This document shows positions 1 through 8,012 of a DNA stretch of 21,267 nucleotides, one piece after another (the first letter of the stretch is position 1; each line of letters begins with the position of its first letter). The notes below the pieces were generated by a model. The model ran no database searches and was not told where the DNA came from. It saw only the letters and a list, made by a program, of their open reading frames with translations. The stretch comes from Candidatus Fervidifonticultor quintus (GTDB taxonomy: Bacteria > Sysuimicrobiota > Sysuimicrobiia > Sysuimicrobiales > Humicultoraceae). A program made the translations under genes and the position numbers. The stretch is from positions 1 to 21,267 of the forward strand of contig JAVKIJ010000055.1 in assembly GCA_031459535.1 (NCBI GenBank). The letters run 5' to 3'.

Positions 1-20
1 CGGTACTCTTTGGTCGGCAT
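1..20 (-). CDS. Possible 5' end of a gene running off the left edge (MPTKEY...)
   Basis: ATG at 20-18 on the minus strand, open to the window edge and lying just downstream of the 33-52 palindrome. No SD seen and too short to identify. Confidence 0.25.
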
Positions 21-32
21 GGACAACGATTC

Positions 33-52
33 GACTTTAGCGCACTAAAGTC
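33..52. promoter_or_regulatory. Operator-like palindrome GACTTTAG-cgca-CTAAAGTC
   Basis: Perfect 8-bp AT-rich inverted arms with a 4-nt spacer in an otherwise very GC-rich window. Overlaps a -10-like TAAAGT (39-34) on the minus strand. Confidence 0.5.
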
Positions 53-120
53 CTGTCCAAGACCGATTTCTCGGACAGGCTCCTAGCGCAGCGCCTCGCG
101 TTCACCCGGCCCACAAACGC

Positions 121-152
121 GAAGAAACGGCGGAACTTCCCGCCGTTCCTCC
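121..152 (-). terminator. Putative intrinsic terminator downstream of the Lys-rich micro-ORF
   Basis: Minus-strand RNA AACGGCGG-GAAGUU-CCGCCGUU (perfect 8-bp stem, 147-140 with 133-126, extendable with G-U pairs) followed by UCUUCGCGUUUGU. Starts about 25 nt after the TAG at 173. Confidence 0.6.
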
Positions 153-172
153 GAGGGGCAAGCGCAGGGCGG

Positions 173-217
173 CTACTTGCCCTTCTTCTTCGCGGCCTTC
201 TTCGCCTTCTTCGCCAC
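173..217 (-). CDS. 14-aa basic micropeptide MAKKAKKAAKKKGK
   Basis: AAGGAGG SD (232-226) 8 nt upstream of GTG (217-215), TAG stop at 175-173, all eight Lys codons are AAG, terminator-like hairpin follows. Confidence 0.65.
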   Translation of the reverse strand: MAKKAKKAAKKKGK

Positions 218-388
218 CGTCCTCGCCTCCTTCTCCTGGAAGATGGACGGCAGGAGCTTGCCGTCGCATACCCGTTCGATACCAGATGTAGTTTCTCCTG
301 CTGGTCGAGACACAAATTCTTGTCCTGAACCTGGTTCTCTTCCACTGACCTGGAGGGAGACCGCGCGATCCGCCAGAATTCGCCAGAG

Positions 389-2329
389 GTGCTGCGTCGC
401 ATTGGGCCTCCTGCCATCGCCGCCCGCGGCTGCGCCGCGCTCATGCTGGTGGCGGTGGGCTTGGTACTCCCGGCGCGGGCGCAAGCGACCGACATTGCCG
501 GGCACTGGGCCGAAGACGAGATCCGTTCGTTGATCGCTCGCGGTATCATCGCGGCCAACGCCGACGCCGCGTTCCGGCCCGACGAACCGGTGAGCCGCGT
601 CCAGTTCATCGCATGGCTGGTCGCGGCTCGAGGGTGGCCCGCTATCAGGCTGGGAGCAGCGCCGTTTCCCGACGTGCCTCCCGGCGGTGCAGCCGCTGCG
701 GCCGTCGAGACCGCTGTGGCCTACGGTATCGTGCAGCCCGGTGGCCACTTCCGTCCCGATGCGGCGCTGCTGCGCGGGGAGGCATTTGTCTTCCTGGTCC
801 GCGCGCTCGGATACACGTTCGAAACCGGATACATGTCCAACGCCGCGCTGCCGTTTGGAGATGTTGATGGGCTGCCGCCGCCGGTGCGCGGCGCGATCGC
901 GGTGGCTGTCCTCTCGGCGCCGCCGTTGCTGCGTGAACCGCCCTCCGATCGGGTGCGCCCACAGGATCCGATGACCCGCGCCGAGGCTGCCAGCCTGGTG
1001 GCAGGGTATCTGCGCGCCATCGAGCGCGGGCTCTCGCTCACGTTCACGGTGCCGCTGGGCCCGGGTGTCACGCTGATTCTGGAGAAGCGCGGCGCGCTAC
1101 GCGCGCTGCCGGTGTGGCGGGTGCAGGTGGGGTCGTTCCAGGACGAGGAGCGCGCGCAACGCCTGGCGGACGCCATGCGGGCGCGCGGCTTTCCCGTGGT
1201 GATCGATCAGCAGGACGAGGTCTACAAGGTGCGCGTCGGCAGCTTCGCCACCCGCCAGGAGGCCGCCGCGCTCCAGGCGCGGCTGGCGGGCGAGGGCCTC
1301 GCCACCTGGGCGATCCTCACGGTGCACGACTACGACGCGCTGCCGGGCCCGTTCTGGACCGGCGCGCTCCTGATCGAGCCAGCGGGCGGCGCGCGCCTGC
1401 GGCCATCGCTGGCGCGCGAGACGGTCATCGGGAGAGGACGGACCAGTGAGGTCGCGCGGCGGGCCGGTGCCATCGCTGCCATCAACGCCGGTTTCTTCGC
1501 CAGCACGGGCGACCCGCTGGGATGCCTAGTCATCGACGGCGAGGTGATCAGCGAGCCGCTGCCCAACAGGACCTGCGCGGGCATCACCGACGACGGCCAG
1601 GTGCTCTTCGATGTGCTGCGGCTGGATGCGTCGGTCTCCGGCGCGCACGGCACCGTGACCATTGACGGGGTCAACCGCGAGCGCGGCGCCAACGAGATTA
1701 TCCTGTACCGGCCGGCCTACGGACCGTCGACGCGAACCAACCAGTTCGGCGCCGAGGTCACCGTGGTCGGTGACGTGGTCCAGAGTGTGGCCAACGGCCG
1801 CGCCAACACCGCCATCCCTCCTGACGGTTACGTGCTGTCCGGCCACGGCCGCGGGCGGGCCGCACTGCTGGCGGCACTGCGTCCGGAGAGCCGCGTGGCG
1901 CTGCGCGTACGGCTGGTGCCTCAGGGCGGCGATCCCCGATGGGAGGAGGCGCGGCAGATCATCGGCGGCGGACCGCGTCTGTTGCAGGGCGGGCAGTTCG
2001 TCGGGGGGGAGGGATTTCGATCGGGGTTCGCAGACCGGCGTCACCCTCGCACGGCCATCGGACGCCTCGCCGACGGTCGCATCCTGCTCATGGTCGTCGG
2101 TGGTCGCCAGCCCTACCACAGCCTGGGGATGACGCTGCCCGAGCTGGCCAGCCTCATGCGGCAGTTGGGCGTAACCGACGCCCTCAATCTGGACGGCGGC
2201 GGGTCCTCCACCCTGGTGGTGCGCGGTGCGGTGATCAATCTCCCGTCGGATGAGACCGGAGAGCGCCCGGTGAGCGACGTACTGCTGGTGCTGCTGCCCG
2301 CAGCCGGGTCGCGTCTGGGAGGCCACTAG
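389..2329 (+). CDS. Secreted S-layer homology (3x SLH) + SPOR + phosphodiester glycosidase (NAGPA/DUF2233) domain protein
   Basis: Signal-peptide-like N-terminus (basic, hydrophobic, ARAQA). SLH repeats DIAGHWA..FRPDEPVSR, FPDV..FRPDAALLRGEA, FGDV..RPQDPMTRAEAA. SPOR-like WRVQVGSFQDEERA..YKVRVGSF. NAGPA motifs AINAGFF, HPRTAIG, ALNLDGGGSS. Confidence 0.88.
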   Translation: MLRRIGPPAIAARGCAALMLVAVGLVLPARAQATDIAGHWAEDEIRSLIARGIIAANADAAFRPDEPVSRVQFIAWLVAARGWPAIRLGAAPFPDVPPGGAAAAAVETAVAYGIVQPGGHFRPDAALLRGEAFVFLVRALGYTFETGYMSNAALPFGDVDGLPPPVRGAIAVAVLSAPPLLREPPSDRVRPQDPMTRAEAASLVAGYLRAIERGLSLTFTVPLGPGVTLILEKRGALRALPVWRVQVGSFQDEERAQRLADAMRARGFPVVIDQQDEVYKVRVGSFATRQEAAALQARLAGEGLATWAILTVHDYDALPGPFWTGALLIEPAGGARLRPSLARETVIGRGRTSEVARRAGAIAAINAGFFASTGDPLGCLVIDGEVISEPLPNRTCAGITDDGQVLFDVLRLDASVSGAHGTVTIDGVNRERGANEIILYRPAYGPSTRTNQFGAEVTVVGDVVQSVANGRANTAIPPDGYVLSGHGRGRAALLAALRPESRVALRVRLVPQGGDPRWEEARQIIGGGPRLLQGGQFVGGEGFRSGFADRRHPRTAIGRLADGRILLMVVGGRQPYHSLGMTLPELASLMRQLGVTDALNLDGGGSSTLVVRGAVINLPSDETGERPVSDVLLVLLPAAGSRLGGH

Positions 2330-2431
2330 CCCCCGCAGGGCACCATCGCCGAAAGGATCGGGCCGCCGCGCAACCGAAAGTCCCATCGACGCGAACCCGA
2401 CGCTCTCCAGGATCCGCAGGAGCAGGAGGTA

Positions 2432-3807
2432 ATGGTGAGCGCAAGGCAGCGATCCTGGAGTTTTGTGCTGTTCGTGCTGGCCCTGGTGCTCGCCGTGTTC
2501 ATCCGCACGGCGACCCAGCCTCCCACGCTGTGGGGGCTCGTTCCCATCGTGCTGTACGCTGTGCTGGTGCTGCTGGGCACCGATGTGGTGCTCGCCACGC
2601 TGGCCGCGCTCGTCGCCGCCATCGTGATGACCGGGATCGGCCCCAAGGACCTGGCCGGGCTGATGGCCGAGTCGCTGGGCGCTTTCATCACGGTGGTGGG
2701 ACTGATCATCATGCTCGGCGGCGGCCTCGGACAGGTCACGAGAGAGACGGGCGTCGCCGAGCATCTGGTGCGCACCATCATCCATCGCATCGGGGTCCGG
2801 ACGCGGACGCAGGTGCAGGTCGGCGTCATGATCACATCCACGATCCTGGTAGGCGCGCTCGGCACCCTGGCAGGCGCCAACGCCATCCTCGCCCCGATCG
2901 TCATCCCCATTGTGGCCGCCGTGGGATTCACACCCCCGGCCCTGGCCGCCATGCTCCACGCGGCGGAGCTCCGGGGCTGTTCATCGGCCCGTTCACGCCT
3001 CCCGTCGTGACGCTGACCGGGACGGCCAAGGTCGCCTACGTGCCGTATCTGGTGGCGGTGGGACTGCCCATGGCCGTCGTGACGTGGATCACCGGCTTCT
3101 TCATGGCCCGCTGGATCCAGCGTCGAACCGAGGGAACTGTGGCCTACGACGAGTCGGATCTGGTCAAGGAGGAACACCCCCTCGGCCCCGACGCCCGACG
3201 CGGGACCTGGGTGTTCGTGCTGACGCTGGTCATCATGGTGGTCTACGGCATTCTCATCAAGGCCGGGTACTCGTACGCGATCCTCGCCATGCTGATCACA
3301 TCGTTCACCACGGGCCTAGCCGCCCGCCGTGGGCTGGTGCAGATCTTGCAGTCCATCTACGCGGGCGCCTCCCGCCTGATCTGGCTGTTCTTCCTGTTCT
3401 GGCTGTTCAATCCGTTGGTCACTCTTGTGGGGAAGACCAAGGCCTACGACGCGCTGCTGGACGTCATGAAGCCGCTGCTGGGCGCGGTCGGCGCGTACGG
3501 CTTCGCGGTCCTGGCCACCCTGGTGGGCTGGCTGGGCGTCTCGGGCGCGGCGGTCGCCCAGGTGGTGTTGATGAACGAGGTCTTCGGCCCCACCGTGCGG
3601 CAGGTTGCGCTCCCAGCGCTGGCCTGGGTCGCCGTGCTGCTGGCCAGTTCCCAGATCGACTGGTTCGGGCCCTTTCCCAATGCCGACATGATCGGACAGA
3701 TGGGCCTGGCCCGCTCCAGGGACCTGCGCATGCAGATGTACAACGGCTGGGCGATCATGGCCGCTAATTGTGTCCTCTTCCTGATTCTCTACCTCATCCT
3801 GGTGTAG
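2432..3807 (+). pseudogene. Multi-TM ion-transporter-superfamily permease (NhaC/GntP-like), interrupted by a 1-nt frameshift near 2962 (true pseudogene or sequencing error)
   Basis: Strong SD (AGGAGG) before ATG 2432. Hydrophobic helices in one frame up to MLHA (2962), continuing in another frame as GGAPGLFIGPFTPP to TAG 3807. Adding one G at 2962-2963 gives a continuous ~458-aa membrane protein. Confidence 0.75.
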
Positions 3808-3817
3808 GAGCCATGCG

Positions 3818-4627
3818 GTGGCGCTGGAGGCGGCGCGGGAGCCCATCGAGGCCCTAATCAGGAGCGCACCCGGTACAGTGGGATTGGTGATCAAAGACCT
3901 GCGCCGGGGCGTCACCCTGGAGTGGGCTCCGCACGAGCGCTTCCCGGCCGCCAGCGTCATCAAGATTGCAGTCCTGATCGAGGCGCTGCGGCAGGCCGCA
4001 GAGGGCAGCCTGCGCCTCGACGAGCGCGTGACGGTCAGGGCGGAAGATAAGGTCGGCGGGTTCGGCATTCTCAAGGATCTGGAGAGCGTCGGGGAACTGA
4101 GCCTGCGCGATCTGCTCACGCTCATGATCGTCATCAGCGACAACACCGCGGCGAACCTCTGCATTGACCGGGTGGGCATGACGCGGGTCAACGCGGGGCT
4201 GGCCGCGCTCGGGCTGCGGGAGACGGTGCTGCAGCGCAAGATGATGGACACCGCTGCCCGGGAGCGCGGTCTGGACAACTTCACTACCCCGGCCGAGACC
4301 GCGTACCTGCTCGAGCGGCTGGTCCGGCGCGAGATCCTGACCGCGGAGTTGTGCGATCTGGCCCTGGACGTCCTCCGGCGGCAGCAGGTCCGGGACCGCA
4401 TCCCGCTGCTCCTGCCGCCGGGGATGAGCGTGGCGCACAAGACTGGCGAGCTCCCCGGCATCCGGCACGACGTCGGGGTGGTCTTCACGGACGCGGGCCC
4501 GCTGGTCATCGCCGCGCTCACCAAAGACTTTGCGACGCCGTTGGGCCAGGGACTGATCGGCGGCGAGGCGGCCGCGCTCATCGCCCAGGTCAGTCGCTCT
4601 GCCTACGACGCGGTCATGGCCGCCTGA
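3818..4627 (+). CDS. Class A beta-lactamase-fold serine hydrolase (Beta-lactamase2 family), no signal peptide
   Basis: FPAASVIK (SxxK), SDN and KTG motifs; AGGAG SD 7 nt before GTG. Confidence 0.85.
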   Translation: MALEAAREPIEALIRSAPGTVGLVIKDLRRGVTLEWAPHERFPAASVIKIAVLIEALRQAAEGSLRLDERVTVRAEDKVGGFGILKDLESVGELSLRDLLTLMIVISDNTAANLCIDRVGMTRVNAGLAALGLRETVLQRKMMDTAARERGLDNFTTPAETAYLLERLVRREILTAELCDLALDVLRRQQVRDRIPLLLPPGMSVAHKTGELPGIRHDVGVVFTDAGPLVIAALTKDFATPLGQGLIGGEAAALIAQVSRSAYDAVMAA

Positions 4628-4653
4628 GCGGCCGTTGCCGGGGAGGGACTGCC

Positions 4654-6270
4654 GTGTTCGATCTGCTCATCCGGGGAAGCCACATCGTCGACGGGACGGG
4701 AAACCCGTGGTTTCGCGGCGACGTGGGAGTGAGGGGGGAGCGGATCGCGGGCCTCGGCGACCTCTGGGGTGCGTCGGCCCGACGGGTGATCGACGCCGAC
4801 GGCGCGGTGGTGGCGCCGGGCTTCATTGACCTGCACACCCACTCGGACTTCACGCTGCCCCGTTTCCCGCGGGCGGACGCCATGGTCAGGCAGGGCGTGA
4901 CCACGCAGCTGGTGGGCAACTGCGGCTTCTCGCCGTTTCCCGTCGAGCCGTCGCGGCTCGACCTCCTGAGGACTTACGCGGCATTCGTAGACGCGGGCCT
5001 GAGCTGGACGTGGACCGACGCGGCCGGGTACGCCTCGCACCTGGAGACGCTGCCCCTGGGGTGCAACGTCGCCCTGCAGGTCGGACACGGGGCCGTGCGA
5101 ATCGCGGCCATGGGATTCGACGCCCGCGATCCCACGGCGCGGGAGCTGGCAATGATGCAGCGCCTGGTCGCCGACGCCATGGAGCAGGGCGTCTTCGCCC
5201 TCTCGTCAGGGCTCATCTACGTCCCAGGCACCTATGCCACCACCGACGAACTGGTCGCCCTCGCCGACGTGGTGAAGCGGTACGGCGGGTTCTACTCGAG
5301 CCACATTCGCGGCGAAGGCGACACCCTCATCCCGGCCGTCACCGAGGCGCTGGCGGTCGGTCGGCGCGCCGGGGTGCCCGTGCAGTTGAGCCACCACAAG
5401 GCCTCGGGCCGCCGCAACTGGGGCCGGGTGGAGGCCACGCTGGCCATGATCGATGCCGCCCGGGCCGACGGGATGGACGTGCTGGCCGACCAGTATCCCT
5501 ATACCGCGGGCAGCACCACCCTGGCCGCCATTGTCCCCGCGTGGGCCCTGGAAGGAGGCCTGGACGCCCTGCAGCACCGTCTTCGCGACCCGGCCCTGCG
5601 GGCTCGCATCCGGATGGAGATCCTGGGTACAGGCGGCGGGGACGCCCGCGCCCCCGCCCGCGAGTTCGATCCGGCCTCAATCATGATCAGCCAGATACCC
5701 GATGGGCCCCACAAGCCGTTCGAGGGTCGCTGGCTCGGGGAGATCGCGGCCGCCTGGAACCTGGAGCCCGTGGATGCGGCGCTGCGCCTGCTCGAGGCCG
5801 AACGCGGCGGCATCCAGATGATCGTGTTCTCCATGTCGGAGGACGATGTGCGGCGGGTGATGCGCCATCCAGCCGTCGCCATCGCCAGCGACGGCTGGAC
5901 GCTGCACCCGGCATCCGGCGGCAAGCCCCATCCCCGCAGCTATGGCACCTATGCCCGCGTCCTGGGCAGGTACGTGCGCCAGGACGGCGTGCTGCGCCTG
6001 GAGGACGCCGTGCGCAAGATGACCTCCCTGCCGGCGCAGCGCCTGGGCTGTCTGGACCGGGGACTCATCCGACCGGGATGCGTCGCCGACGTGGTGATCT
6101 TCGATCCTGCGCAGGTGGCCGACCGCGCGACGTTCGAGGACCCGCATCAGTTCTGCGCCGGAGTGTCACACGTCATCGTCAACGGCCGGGTGGTGATTGA
6201 CGAGGGGCAGGACACCGGCCTCGCAGCCGGCCGCGTCCTGCGACGGGGCCAGCCGCAGGCGGCGGCCTAG
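4654..6270 (+). CDS. N-acyl-D-amino-acid deacylase (D-aminoacylase), amidohydrolase superfamily
   Basis: GGGAGG SD before GTG 4654 (MFDLLIRG..IVDGTG). Motifs APGFIDLHTHSD, GNCG, SHIR, SHHK, DQYPY, ASDG, PHPRSYGT, KMTSLPA. Confidence 0.9.
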   Translation: MFDLLIRGSHIVDGTGNPWFRGDVGVRGERIAGLGDLWGASARRVIDADGAVVAPGFIDLHTHSDFTLPRFPRADAMVRQGVTTQLVGNCGFSPFPVEPSRLDLLRTYAAFVDAGLSWTWTDAAGYASHLETLPLGCNVALQVGHGAVRIAAMGFDARDPTARELAMMQRLVADAMEQGVFALSSGLIYVPGTYATTDELVALADVVKRYGGFYSSHIRGEGDTLIPAVTEALAVGRRAGVPVQLSHHKASGRRNWGRVEATLAMIDAARADGMDVLADQYPYTAGSTTLAAIVPAWALEGGLDALQHRLRDPALRARIRMEILGTGGGDARAPAREFDPASIMISQIPDGPHKPFEGRWLGEIAAAWNLEPVDAALRLLEAERGGIQMIVFSMSEDDVRRVMRHPAVAIASDGWTLHPASGGKPHPRSYGTYARVLGRYVRQDGVLRLEDAVRKMTSLPAQRLGCLDRGLIRPGCVADVVIFDPAQVADRATFEDPHQFCAGVSHVIVNGRVVIDEGQDTGLAAGRVLRRGQPQAAA

Positions 6271-6276
6271 AGCCGT

Positions 6277-6879
6277 TCACGGGCCCAGCGACGCCAGGTC
6301 CTGGGCGGTGTCGATGTCGGCGGCTTCTTCTTCCGGGATGGTCACGGTCACGGCGTCGGTCCGGTGAGCTTCGACGACGCTCCGGGCGCCGCGGTCGCCA
6401 ACGAGCGCGCGCAGTTCAGGGAAGAGCGCGCGGTCGAAGTACGCCGGGACGCCCACGACGCGACCGTAGGCCGCGGCCGCCACGCGGGCCCGCGAGGCCT
6501 GCGCGCTGGTGATGAGCCGGTCGATGACCTCGGCTGAGACGAACGGCTGATCCGCCAGCAGCACCACCGCCCCGGACGCCTTGGGGGAGATCGCGCCCAC
6601 GCCAGCCCTGATGGATGCGCCCATGCCCTCGGCCGCGTCGGGGTTGACGACGACCCGGGCATCGAGACCGTCCAGCAGGGGCCGGTAGACGTCGGCGTGC
6701 ATACCCAGCACCACGATGACCTCCCGGCACCGCGATGCCAGCGCGGCGCCCACGGCGCGGCGGAGCATGGGTTCGCCGCGGACCGGCAGCGCCAGCTTGG
6801 GCCGCCCCATGCGGGTGCTGCCACCGGCGGCCAGCACGACGGCCGAGACAAAACGCTCGGCGCCAGCCGGCTCGCTCAT
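6277..6879 (-). CDS. mocA: Molybdenum cofactor cytidylyltransferase (MocA/YgfJ-like NTP transferase)
   Basis: VLAAGGSTRMGRPKL, GMGASI, LADQP, GDRGAR and DIDT motifs. ATGA overlap with xdhC; Mo-hydroxylase context. Confidence 0.85.
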   Translation of the reverse strand: MSEPAGAERFVSAVVLAAGGSTRMGRPKLALPVRGEPMLRRAVGAALASRCREVIVVLGMHADVYRPLLDGLDARVVVNPDAAEGMGASIRAGVGAISPKASGAVVLLADQPFVSAEVIDRLITSAQASRARVAAAAYGRVVGVPAYFDRALFPELRALVGDRGARSVVEAHRTDAVTVTIPEEEAADIDTAQDLASLGP

Positions 6880-8012
6880 GCCCCGCGCGACGAGGCGGAT
6901 AGGTCCTGCAAAGGTGCGTGGATCGGCTCGCGCCGGGCGCGCAGGAAGCCACCCTGGCGGCCTCGGGCCACGGCGAGTATCTCCGCCAGCACGGCCAGCG
7001 CAATCTCATCGGGAGTCTCGCTGCCGATGTCCAGGCCCACCGGGCCGAAGATCTGCGCGCGCCGCTCGGAGGAGATCGCGATGCCGGCGCTCTCCAGCTC
7101 GCGCAAGATCTTCTCAGTGCGCGCCCGGGGCCCGAGCATCCCGAGGTACGCGGCGCGGGTGGGCAGGAAGGACCGCAACAGGTCCCGATCGTGCAGGTAG
7201 TTGTGGGTCATGATCAGCACATAGGTGTGCTCGTCCGTGGGCACCGCCTCCCCGGCTGCGGGAAACTCCGCGCACACGAATCCGGCCGCACCCGGGAAGC
7301 GTTCCTGGGTCAGGAACGCTTCGCGACGGTCCACCACGAGGACGCGCCAGCCGAGCTGGGACGCAAACGCCACCACAGGGATCGCATCGTGGCCGGCGCC
7401 GCAGACGACCAGCCGGTACGGCGGATGCAACGCTTCGATGAACACCCGCAGGGCGCCACCAGGGGCTGGCAGGCTCTCCGTGCGCGCGCGCAGGTCACGG
7501 AATGCGGGGTCTGCGAGGCGGGCCACCGAGGCGTCGAGGTCGGGATCCCCAAGCGTCCCCTCTCGCCTGCCATCCGGCCACAGCAGGAGGCGCCGGCCTG
7601 CGGGGATCTCCGCCCGGCCCTCCACCACAGTGGCGACCACGGCGAGCGCGCCATCTGCCACAGCGGCCCGCACGGCCGTCCAGAGGAGGTCGTCCTTGCG
7701 CAGCGGCTCGATGAAGACCTCGATGGCGCCGTTGCATCCCAGCCCCAGGCCCCAGACGGCATCGTCGTCGGCGGTGAGGTCGTAGCTCACCACACGCGGC
7801 GCCTGCTGCGCCATCACCTCGGAAGCGATCGTCGCCACATCGCCTTCCAGGCAGCCGCCGCTGATGTTGCCCACGAGCCGGCCGGCCTGCGTGATCAGCA
7901 GCCGAGCACCGGGACGGCGGTAGGTCGACCCCCGCACGCTAATGATGGTGGCCAGGGCCAGGGGCCCCTCTGCGGCGTCTGCTACCTGGAGAATCTCGGC
8001 GAGTTCTTTCAT
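6876..8012 (-). CDS. xdhC: XdhC/CoxF/CoxI family Moco-insertion chaperone
   Basis: GSTYRRPGA, GNISGGCLE, GLGLGCNG, GAGHDA, MTHNY..D, YLGMLG and PVGLDIGSETPDEIA motifs. Confidence 0.92.
   Translation of the reverse strand: MKELAEILQVADAAEGPLALATIISVRGSTYRRPGARLLITQAGRLVGNISGGCLEGDVATIASEVMAQQAPRVVSYDLTADDDAVWGLGLGCNGAIEVFIEPLRKDDLLWTAVRAAVADGALAVVATVVEGRAEIPAGRRLLLWPDGRREGTLGDPDLDASVARLADPAFRDLRARTESLPAPGGALRVFIEALHPPYRLVVCGAGHDAIPVVAFASQLGWRVLVVDRREAFLTQERFPGAAGFVCAEFPAAGEAVPTDEHTYVLIMTHNYLHDRDLLRSFLPTRAAYLGMLGPRARTEKILRELESAGIAISSERRAQIFGPVGLDIGSETPDEIALAVLAEILAVARGRQGGFLRARREPIHAPLQDLSASSRGA

Noticed and set aside
33-52. CIRCE (HrcA) element
   Set aside because: Does not match TTAGCACTC-N9-GAGTGCTAA in arms or spacing.
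173-748. 191-aa minus-strand ORF ending in the Lys-rich tail
   Set aside because: Most of it is antisense to the SLH gene and looks non-coding. Only the last 14 codons have a proper SD and start.
2330-2431. Possible c-di-GMP-I riboswitch upstream of the permease (GGGCAC..CCGAAAGG; CCGAAAG occurs twice)
   Set aside because: The stem around the GAAA loop pairs poorly and the GxCGCAAAG element is absent. An Infernal/Rfam scan would settle it.
3818-4627. Antibiotic-resistance beta-lactamase
   Set aside because: No signal peptide, no Glu166 equivalent, and a metabolic gene context.
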